Positions 15,355-26,168 of a stretch of DNA of 64,000 nucleotides are shown piece by piece. A model generated the notes under the pieces. The model made no database searches and was not told the origin of the DNA. It saw only the letters and a list, made by a program, of their open reading frames with translations. How positions within the stretch are numbered: position 1 is the stretch's first letter; every line of letters begins with the position of its first letter. Location of the stretch: assembly GCF_964355755.1 (NCBI RefSeq), contig NC_092677.1:20358101-20422100 (forward strand). The letters are read 5' to 3'. The position numbers were made by a program, and so were the translations under genes. This DNA comes from Antedon mediterranea (taxonomy: Eukaryota > Animalia > Echinodermata).

Positions 15355-15685
15355 GTGAGGGCGTGTGGCGCAGTGTGTTGGACGTTGGACTACCGATCGT
15401 CAGACCTAGGTTCGAATCCAACTCTCGCCGCATTGCTTGTATCCGTATAGTAGGCAAGATACTTTACTTACGTTTCCTCTCTCCACCCAGGTGTATAAAT
15501 GGGTACCCAGTTAGATCTAGACACAACTGCACTGGTTACCGGCTGCATTATGGGAGTATGTTTCCATACGTGTTTGATCCCAAAAAATACTGGGGTAATA
15601 ATGCTTGTAAAGCGCATTTGAGCATGATTACTCATGAAAAGGGCGCTATATAAATCTGGTATTATTATATTATTATTATTATTAT
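15355..15685 (+). mobile_element. tRNA-headed SINE with CORE-like centre and L2-type 3' tail
   Basis: A box TGGCGCAGTG and B box GGTTCGAATCC (15409-15419). CORE-like GGCAAGATACTTTAC...TTTCCTC...TGTATAAATGGG. Tail TGTAAAGCGC...GCGCTATATAAAT followed by (TAT)n. Absent from the paralogous segment ~14830-14870. Confidence 0.85.
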
Positions 15686-15728
15686 ATTGCGTATACAGTA
15701 CTTTTCACCATAAAGTTTAAAAAAAAAA

Positions 15729-15800
15729 GGTTTCGTCCGGGCTCGAACCAGGTACCTTCTGCGTGTTAAGCAAACGTGATAACCACTACGCCAAGAAGCC
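15729..15800 (-). pseudogene. tRNA-Val(AAC)-like copy 4 (paralog of copy 2, more mutated)
   Basis: rc GGCTTCTTGGCGTAGTGGTTATCACGTTTGCTTAACACGCAGAAGGTACCTGGTTCGAGCCCGGACGAAACC followed by a T-run. Confidence 0.8.
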
Positions 15801-18800
15801 GCATATAACCATATAACTACATAACGCTGTGGTGTGTGTCACACATTGTGGCTTCTTAATTAAACAAATTAATTAACAAAAAATTAAAAATCCGGCTCTA
15901 TAGATTTGAGAACATGTCCCTGTAGTATATTCATGCCAAATCCCAGCTCAATACTACAACGAATAAGGGAGGAGTAGTACTTTAAAAGACTGAAGAGCTG
16001 ATAATACTCTATTTATATGAAATTAATAATAAATCAATGAAAAATAATGCCATGCAACTTTGTTTCTGATTTTAAAAAAGGTTCACTTGTTTAGGCCTGA
16101 CATTTACAACCCTCAAAATATCTCACTTTCAAAAACAATATTTATTTTAAATAAAAAAAAAAAGAAACAAAATATCCGTAGAGGTTCGAACCCACTAGTG
16201 AGAGCACTCAAACTTGAGCATTACCCGTTACGCCACAAACCAGTAGATGACTGAAGAGCTGATAATACTCTATTTATATGAAATAAATAATAAATCAATG
16301 AAAAATAATGCCATACAACTTTGTTTCTGATTTTAAAAAAGGTCCACTTGTTTAGGCCTGACATTTACAACCCTCAAAATATCTCACTTTCAAAAACCAT
16401 ATTTATTTTCAATTTAAAAAAAAAAGAAAAAAAATATCCCTAGAGGTTCGACCCACTACTCAGAGCACTCAAACCTGAGCATTACCCGTTACGCCACAAA
16501 CCAGTAGATGACTGAAGAGCTGATAATAGTCTATTTATATGGAATGAATGATCAATCAATGAAAAATAATGCCAAGCAACTTTGTTTCTGATTTTAAAAA
16601 AGGTCCACTTGTTTAGGCCTGACATTTACAACCCTCAAAATATCTCACTTTCAAAAACAATATTTATTTTCAATTTAAAAAAAAAAATCCCTAGAGGTTC
16701 GAACCCACTACTGAGAGAACTCAAACCTGAGCATTATCCGTTACGCCACCAACCAGTAGGTGACTGAGGAGCTGATAATAGTCTATTTATATGAAATGAA
16801 TGATCAATCAATGAAAAATAATGCCATGCAACTTTGTTTCTGATTTTAAAAAAGGTTCACTTGTTTTGGCCTGACATTTACAACCCTCAAAATATCTCAC
16901 TTTCAAAAACAATATTTTTTGAATTAAAAAAAAAAAAGAAATAAAATATCAGTAGAGGTTCGAACACCACCACTGCGAGAACACAAACCTGAACACTACC
17001 AGTTACGCTACAAACCAGTAGATGACTGAAGAGCTGATAATAGTCTATTTATATGAAATTAATAATAAATCAATGAAAAATAATGCCATGCAACTTTGTT
17101 TCTGATTTTAAAAAAGGTTCACTTGTTTAGGCCTGACATTTACAATCCTCAAAATATCTCACTTTCAAAAACAATATTTATTTAAAAAAAAAAAAAAAAG
17201 AAACAAAATATCCGTAGAGGTTCGAACCCACTAGTGAGAGAACTCAAACTTGAGCATTACCCGTTACGCCACAAACCAGTAGATGACTGAAGAGCTGATA
17301 ATACTCTATTTATATGAAATAAATAATAAATCAATGAAAAATAATGCCATGCAACTTTGTTTCTGATTTTAAAAAAGGTCCACTTGTTTAGGCCTGATAT
17401 TTACAACCCTCAAAATATCTCACTTTCAAAAACAATATTTATTTTAAATAAAAAAAAAAAAAGAAACAAAATATCCGTAGAGGTTCGAACCCACTAGTGA
17501 GAGGACTCAAACTTGAGCATTACCCGTTACGCCACAAACCAGTAGATGACTGAAGAGCTGATAATACTCTATTTATATGAAATAAATAATAAATCAATGA
17601 AAAATAATGCCATGCAACTTTGTTTCTGATTTTAAAAAAGGTTCACTTGTTTTGGCCTGACATTTACAACCCTCAAAATATCTCACTTTCAAAAACAATA
17701 TTTTTTCAATTAAAAAAAAAAAGAAATAAAATATCAGTAGAGGTTCGAACCGACTAGTGAGAGCACTCAAACTTGAGCATTACCCGTTACGCCACAAACC
17801 AGTAGATGACTGAAGAGCTGATAATAGTCTATTTATATGAAATGAATGATCAATCAATGAAAAATAATGCCATGCAACTTTGTTTCTGATTTTAAAAAAG
17901 GTTCACTTGTTTAGGCCTGATATTTACAACCCTCAAAATATCTCACTTTCAAAAACCATATTTATTTTCAATTTAAAAAAAAAAGAAAAAAAATATCCCT
18001 AGAGGTTCGACCCACTACTCAGAGCACTCAAACCTGAGCATTACCCGTTACGCCACAAACCAGTAGATGACTGAAGAGCTGATAATAGTCTATTTATATG
18101 AAATGAATGATCAATCAATGAAAATAATGCCATGCAACTTTGTTTCTGATTTTAAAAAAGGTCCACTTGTTTAGGCCTGACATTTACAACCCTCAAAATA
18201 TCTCACTTTCAAAAACAATATTTATTTTCAATTAAAAAAAAAAGAAAAAAAATATTCGTAGAGGTTCGAACCCACTACTGCGAGAACTCAAACCTGAGCA
18301 CTACCGGTTACGCCACAAACCAGTAGATGACTGAAGAGCTGATAACAGTCTATTTATTTGAAATGAATGATCCATCAATGTAAAATGATGTTATGCAACT
18401 TTGTTTCTGATTTAAAAAAAAGGTCCACTTGGTTAGGCTTGACATTTAAAACCCTCAAAATAACTCACTTTCAAAAACCATATTTATTTTCAATTTAAAA
18501 AAAAAGAAAAAAAATATCCCTTGAGGTTCGACCCACTACTCAGAGCACTCAAACCTGAGCATTACCCGTTACGCCACAAACCAGTAGATGACTGAAGAGC
18601 TGATAATAGTCTATTTATATGAAATGAATTATCAATCAATGAAAAATAATGCCATGCAACTTTGTTTCTGATTTTTAAAAAGGTTCATTTGTTTAGGCCT
18701 GACATTTACAACCCTCAAAATATCTCACTTTCAAAAAAAATATTTATTTTCAATTTAAAAAAAAAAGAAAAGAAATATCCCTAGAGGTTCGAACCCACTA

Positions 18801-20829
18801 CTGCGAGCACTCAAACCTGAGCATTACTCGTTACGCCACAAACCAGTAGATGACTGAAGAGCTGGTAATAGTCTATTTATATGAAATGAATTATCAATCA
18901 ATGAAAAATAATGCCATGCAACTTTGTTTCTGATTTTAAAAAAGATCCATTTGTTTAGGCCTGACATTTACAACCCTAAAAAATATCTCATTTTCAAAAA
19001 AAATATTTATTTTCAATAAGAAAAAAAAAGCAATATCCCTAGAGGTTGGAACCCGCTACTGAGAGCACTCAAACCTGGGTATTACCCGTTACGCCACAAA
19101 CCAGTAGATAACTGAAGAGCTGATAATAGTCTATTTATATGAAATTAATAATAAATCAATGAAAAATAATTCCACGCAACTTTGTTTCTGATTGAAAAAA
19201 GGTTCACTTGTTTAGGCCTGACATTTACAACCCTCAAAATATCTCACTTTCAAAAACAATATTTATTGTAAATAGAAAAAAAAAATAAACAAAATATCCG
19301 TAGAGGTTCGAACCCACTACTGAGAGCACTCAAAACTGAGCATTATCCGTTACGCCACAAACCAGTAGATGGCTGAAGAGCTGATAATAGTCTATTGGTA
19401 TGAAATGAATGATCAATCAATGAAAAATAATGCCATGCAACTTTGTTTCTGATTTTAAAAAAGGTTCACTTGTTTAGGCCTGACAGTTGCAACCCTCAAA
19501 ATATCTCACTTTCAAAAACAATATTTATTTTCAATTAAAAAAAAAAGAAAAAATATACCCGTATAGGTTCGAATCCACTACTGAGTGCACTCAAACCTGT
19601 GCATTACCCGTTACGCCACAAACCAGTAGATGACTTAAGAGCTGATAATAGTCTATATATATGAAATGAATGATCAATCAATGAAAAATAATGCCATGCA
19701 ACTTTGTTTCTGATTTTAAAAAATCTCCACTTGTTTAGGCCTGACAATTACAACCCTCAAAATATCTCACTTTTAAAAAACCATATTTATTTTTAATTTA
19801 AAAAAAAAGAAAAAAAAATATCCCTAGAGGTTCGACCCACTACTCAGAGCACACAAACCTGAGCATTACCCGTTACGCCACAAACCAGTAGATGACTGAA
19901 GAGCTGATAATAGTCTATTTATATGAAATGAATGATCAATCAATGAAAAATAATGCCATGCAACTTTGTTTCTGATTTTAAAAAAGATGCATTTGTTTAG
20001 GCCTGACATTCACAACCCTAAAAAATATCTCATTTTCAAAAAAAATATTTATTTTCAATAAGAAAAAAAAAAGCAATATCCCTAGAGGTTGGAACCCGCT
20101 AGTGAGAGCACTCAAACCTGGGTATTACCCGTTACGCCACAAACCAGTAGATAACTGAAGAGCTGATAATAGTCTATTTATATGAAATTAATGATCAATC
20201 AATGAAAAATAATGCCATGCAACTTTGTTTCTGATTTAAAAAAAGGTTCATTTGTTTAGGCCTGACATTTACAACCCTTAAAATATCTCAATTTCAAAAA
20301 AAATATTTATTTTCAATTAAAACAAAAAAGAAAAGAAATATCCCTAGAGGTTCGAACCCACTACTGAGAGCACTCAAACCTGAGCATTACCCGTTACGCC
20401 ACAAACCAGTAGATGACTGAGGAGCTGATAATAGTCTATATGAAATGAATGATCAATCAATGAAAAATAATGCCATGATACTTTTTTTCTGATTGAAAAA
20501 AATGTTCACTTGTTTAGGCCTGACATTTACAACTCTCAAAATATCTCATATTTATTTTCAAAAAAAAAAAAATATCCTTACAGGTTCGAACCCGCTACTG
20601 AGAGCACTCAAACCTGGGTATTACCCGTTACGCCACAAACCAGTAGATAACTGAAGAGCTGATAATACTCTATTTATATGAAATAAATAATAAATCAATG
20701 AAAAATAATGCCATGCAAGTTTGTTTCTGATTTTAAAAAAGGTTCATTTGTTTAGGCTTGACATTTACAACCCTCAAAATATCTCACTTTCAAAAAAAAT
20801 ATTTATTTTCAAATAAAAAAAAAATATCC

Positions 20830-22060
20830 TTACAGGTTCGAACCCACTACTGGGAGCACTCAAAACTGAGCATTACCCGTTATGCCATAAAGTAGTACAC
20901 GACAGAACAGTTTATAATAGTCTATTTATAAGTGTATTACGTAATTCATCATTAAGTCATAAATATCATATTAACCTTTTTAAAACCAAAATGGCCAGTT
21001 AGCGTCGTGTTGACAACACGTATGTCGTGGGTTTGATTCACACGCTGGTCGGTGGAATAGAGTTAAAGGTATGCGACCAACGGTGTTTGGGGTTCACAGA
21101 ATTTACGTCCCCCTTTCCACCACAAATCTTGAGAATGCACTAGCAATGGATCTGGTGATGATGTGGTGGAAACGACCCCAAGGCCGTGGCAGGGCCTTAG
21201 TGCTGAGGTAGGGAGAGCACATTTTAAATTTTTTTTTTGGCTTTCGCTACATGTATTTGATCTCGTAAATTTTATGTTTAGCGCCCTCAATTTAATGTAA
21301 AAAGAAATTAATTTATCTTCGTTACGTGTTTAGAAGAGAATGTATGTCTCACCGTAGTTTGGTATGCCATTTGTTATTATGCAAATGAGTTTTTGCAGGT
21401 GTAGTGGGAAAGATGGTATTGTTAGTAATTCGGTGTCAACACGCCACACTGTTGAATTTTGATGTTGTTAATCAACATTGCTACATTGGTAGCGAAATGT
21501 CCGATTCATGAAAGATATTGTATTGTAATATGTTCAAATATAGAACATTTACAAAGATCCCGATTTCCAGACTGATTTCGAAACTTAGACTAATTCCGCC
21601 GCCGGGCTAGGCCATAGGCATATACGAAGTCAAGTTTTTAAAGCAGAAAACTCTACCTAAACTTTGGAATTCGCATCTGGATAGTTGAATTTTTAACAAA
21701 TATCATAAATATCATAGGTGATTATGTATGGTAATAAGTATAAGTATAAGTGCAGTTCTGGGCTCTATTTTCATTATTAGCTCTGCCCCCCCCCCCCCCA
21801 AACATGGTGGGCTAGTAGTCCTACTGGAGACCTAATATTTAATTTCATATTTCAATGAATAGGTGCACTTTCCGGGGACAAGCTCTATTGTCCTTGTTAG
21901 TCTTATATATTTTGTTTCATATAATTTCAAATCATGTAAAGTACCATTTTCAGGCGGGACTCTGTGCAACACTATTTTTTTATTTTAAACAGTTTGGTAT
22001 GCCGTCGTGGTTGTTATGCAAATGAGCTTGTGCACGTGTATTATGGGGAAGATAATATGT
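20830..22060 (+). repeat. Segmental duplicate A: diverged terminal monomer plus non-satellite spacer (copy B at ~29488-30833)
   Basis: TATGCCATAAAGTAGTACACGACAGAACAG at 20881 and 29539; colinear to GGGGAAGATAATATGTT (~22060 and ~30833). Copy B has ~120 extra bp at ~30192-30314. Confidence 0.93.
20993..21051 (+). pseudogene. tRNA-Ile-like head with D arm deleted; possibly the 5' end of a ~245-nt SINE/Pol III unit ending at the T-run ~21228-21238
   Basis: GGCCAGTTAGCG TCGTG TTGACAA CACGT ATGTC GTGGG TTTGATT CACAC GCTGGTC. Acceptor stem GGCCAGT/GCTGGTC pairs; body resembles animal tRNA-Ile. Confidence 0.65.
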
Positions 22061-25000
22061 TAATCATTCGCGGTCAACACGCCACACTGTTAAATTTTGA
22101 TGCTGTTAATATTTACATTAGAATATTGTTCAAATCATGTAAATAAAACATTTTCCGGGCGGGAACCCAGCAGCTCTCGAAAAGAATTCCAGGTGTAAAA
22201 GAAGCTCACCCATAAGTACTGAATATGAAGGAGAACATTGGCATCTTTTGGAGGCTTTATGGCAGTCTTTTTACATGTATTTGATTTCAAAAACAATATT
22301 TATTTTCAATTTTAAAAAAAAGAAAAAAAATATTCCTAGAGGTTCGAACCCACTACTGAGAGAACTCAAACCTGAGCATTACCGGTTAAGCCACAAACCA
22401 GTAGGTGAGTGAAGAGCTGATAATAGTATATTTTTATGAAATGAATGATCCATCAATGTAAAATGATGTTATGCAACTTTGTTTCTGATTTAAAAAAAGG
22501 TCCAATTGGTTAGGCTTGACATTTAAAACCATAAAAATATCTCACTTTCAAAAACAATATTTATTTTCAAATAAAAAAATTAAGAAAAAAAATATCCCTA
22601 GAAGTTGGAACCCACTATTGAAATCACTCAAACCTGAGCATTACACGTTACGCCGCAAACCAGTATATGACTGAAGAGCTGATAATAGTCTATTTATATG
22701 AAATGGATGATCAATCAATGAAAAATAATGCCATGCAACTTTATTTCTGATTTTAAAAAAGGTTCAATTGTTTAGGCCTGACAGTTGCAACCCTCAAAAT
22801 ATCTCATTTTCAAAAACAATATTTATTTTCAATTAAAAAAAAAAGAAAAAAAATACCCGTATAAGTTCGAACCCACTACTGAGAGCACTCAAACCGGAGC
22901 ATTACCCGTTACGCCACAAACCAGTAGATGACTGAGCAGCTGATAATAGTCTATTTATATAAAATGAATGATCAATAAATGAAAAATAATGCCATGCAAC
23001 TTTGTTTCTGATTTTAAAAAAGGTCCACTTGTTTAGGCCTGACATTTACAACCCTCAAAATATCTCTCTTATAAAAACCATATTTATTTTCAGTTTAAAA
23101 AAAAAAGAAAAAAATTATCCCTAGAGGTTCGACCCACTACTCAGAGCACTCAAACTTGGGTATTACCCGTTACGCCACAAATCAGTAGATAACTGAAGAG
23201 CTGATAATAGTCTATTTATATGAAATGAATGATCAATCAATGAAAAATAATGCCATGCAACTTTGTTTCTGATTTTAAAAAAGATCCATTTGTTTAGGCC
23301 TGACATTCACAACCCTAAAAAAAATCTCATTTAAAAAAAAAAAAATCAATAAGAAAAAAAAAAGGCAATATCCCTAGAGGTTGGAACCCGCTACTGAGAG
23401 CACTCAAACCTGGGTATTACCCGTTACGCCACAAACCAGTAGATAACTGAAGAGCTGATAATAGTCTATTTATATGAAATTAATGATCAATCAATGAAAA
23501 ATAATGCCATGCAACTTTGTTTCTGATTTTTAAAAAGGTTCATTTGTTTAGGCCTGACATTTACAACCCTCAAAATATCTCACTTTCAAAAAAAATATTT
23601 ATTTTCAATTAAAAAAAAAATTTAAAAAAATACCCGTATAGGTTCGAACCCACTACTGAGAGCACTCAAACCTGAGCATTACCCGTTACGCCACAAACCA
23701 GTAGATGACTGAGGAGCTGATAATAGTCTATATATATGAAATGAATGATCAATCAATGAAAAATAATGCCATGCAACTTTGTTTCTGATTGAAAAAAATG
23801 TTCACTTGTTTAGGCCTGACATTTACAACCCTCAAAATATCTCACTTTCAAAAACAATATTTATTTTCAAATATAAAAAAAAAAAAAAAATATCCCTAGA
23901 AGTTCGAACCCACTATTGAAATCACTCAAAACTGAGCATTACCCGTTACGCCGCAAACCAGTAAATAACTGAAGAGCTGATAATAGTCTATTTATATGAA
24001 ATGGATGATCAACCAATGAAAAATAATGCCATGCCACTTTGTTTCTGATTTTAAAAAAGGTCCACTTGTTTAGGACTGACATTTACAACCCTCAAAATAT
24101 CTCACTTTCAAAAACAATATTTATTTTCAATTTAAAAAAAAAAACCCCTAGAGGTTCGAACCCACTACTGAAAGCACTCAAACCTGAGCATTATCCGTTA
24201 CGCCACAAACCAGTAGATGACTGCGGAGCTGATAATAGTCTATTTATATGAAATGAATGATCAATCAATGAAAATAATGCCATGCAACTTTGTTTCTGAT
24301 TTTAAAAAAGGTCCACTTGTTTAGGCCTGACGTTTACAACCCTCAAAATATCTCACTTTCAAAAACAATATTTATTTTCAATTAAAAAAAAAAGAAACAA
24401 AATATCCCTAGATGTTCGAACCCACTACTGCGAGAACTCAAACCAGAGCACTACCGGTTACGCCACAAACCAGTAGATGACAGACGAGCTGATAACAGTC
24501 TATTTATATGAAATGAATGATCAATCAATGAAAAATAATGCCATGCAACTTTGTTTCTGATTGAAAAAAATGTCCACTTGTTTAGGCCTGACATTTACAA
24601 CCCTCAAAATATCTCACTTTCAAAAAAAATATTTATTTTCAATTAAAAAAAAGAAAGAAAAAAAATATCGCTAGAGGTTCGAACCCACTACTGCGAGCAC
24701 TCAAACTTGAGCATTACCCGTTACGCCTCAAACCAGTAGATGACTGAAGAGCTGATAATACTCTATTTATATGAAATAAATAATAAATCAATGAAAAATA
24801 ATGCCATGCAACTTTGTTTCTGATTTTAAAAAAGGTCCACTTGTTTAGGCCTGATATTTACAACCCTCAAAATATCTCATTTTCAAAAACAATATTTATT
24901 TTCAATTGAAAAAAAAAAAATCCCTAGAGGTCCGAACCCACTTCTGCGAGCACTCAAACCTGAGTATTATCCGTTACGCCACAAACCAGTAGATGACTAA

Positions 25001-25215
25001 GGAGCTGATAATAGTCTATTTATATGAAATGAATGATCAATCAATGAAAAATAATGCATGTAACTTTGTTTCTGATTTTAAAAAAGATCCATTTGTTTAG
25101 GCCTGACATTCACAACCCTAAAAAAAATCTCATTTAAAAAAAAAAATTTATTTTCAATAAGAAAAAAAAAGGCAATATCCCTAGAGGTTGGAACCCGCTA
25201 CTGAGAGCACTCAAA

Positions 25216-26168
25216 GGGCGCGTTTATACAACACGCTATTACACGCATATTCTACACGCCTACGAGAAGTGTGTTGTATAACAACAAAGAGATTCCGTGT
25301 AATGAGATTTGAATTGTAAAAAAGGCTACTTGGCTGAATCCTAAAATTTGGTGGATTCCCGGTCGCCGTTACCGTGTTGGAAGTGTCCTCAGGGTATATT
25401 TTGACCTCTCGTTAAAACAGGTCGTAATATCAATCATGTCATGCGACGTTGCTAACAAGATTGGGCCCATTTATTGCTGCTTCGCTGCCAGCAATCATCC
25501 TCCTACCACGTCTTAAGCGTGGTTCCCACGCACTAGCGACGCAACACAAGGACGTAACGCAACGCAAGTGAATTGACCACCAATCACAATCGATGCTTTA
25601 TTCGCTTGTGATTGCTAACTGTCTATAACTTCGCTTGTCATTGGTTAAAACGCTTGCGTTGCGTTTACGTCCTTGCGTTACGTTCTAGTGGGAACCAAGC
25701 TTTACGCCTAGCTAGCCTAGTGGGGCCAACTCGTAGTGGTAGTAGGCCTCTATCGTTTCCCACTCCAAACAGAATAAAAAATAACATCGCAAAAATGGCA
25801 TCTTCTTCCATAGTGTATAGATGAAACAATGAAACTCTTAAAATAACTTTTATTAATTTAAATGAACCGAGAACAAAATAAACAACAATGCAAACGTGAA
25901 CGAATACAATAATGAAAATGGTAAAAACCGCGCGAATACATCGGACAACGCGGAGGCGACGATGATTGTTGACAACCCAGCCAATTCAAGCGATCAACGA
26001 TTTGACCTTTTATCCTAGCATGCACTGCGTGTTGATGAAACTTCCGGTATAACACGGTATCGTGATTTCTAGTATAACAGCAAACGTTAAGGTGGGTTGA
26101 CCTCGGTCCGAACAACACGCTAAAAATTAAAGCCGTGTTCAAATTTAGGGTGTTGTATAAACACGACC
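25216..26168. mobile_element. 953-bp non-autonomous TIR element (PIF/Harbinger-like MITE)
   Basis: 23-bp TIR GGGCGCGTTTATACAACACGCTA vs rc GGTCGTGTTTATACAACACCCTA (3 mismatches). 3-bp TSD AAA. The empty site GAGCACTCAAACCTGGGTATT is present at 23398-23418. Confidence 0.9.
25516..25701. mobile_element. 186-bp Harbinger-type MITE nested in the 953-bp element
   Basis: TSD TTA (25513-15 and 25702-04); ~50-bp imperfect TIRs AGCGTGGTTCCCAC...CAAGGACGTAACGCAACGCAAG. Confidence 0.9.

Larger units (their letters stand above)
15036..15983. mobile_element. Second, rearranged HINE copy whose interior is replaced by a tRNA-Val pair cassette
   Basis: 15036-15075 repeats the HINE start (CACGAATGTGCAATACTCGGGGTACAGCGAAAGAAGCTGTA). 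~15883-15983 repeats HINE interior 14349-14452. The tRNA cassette lies between. Confidence 0.6.

Noticed and set aside
15363-15653. 96-aa ORF
   Set aside because: Lies entirely within the SINE, starts at GTG and has no recognisable domain.
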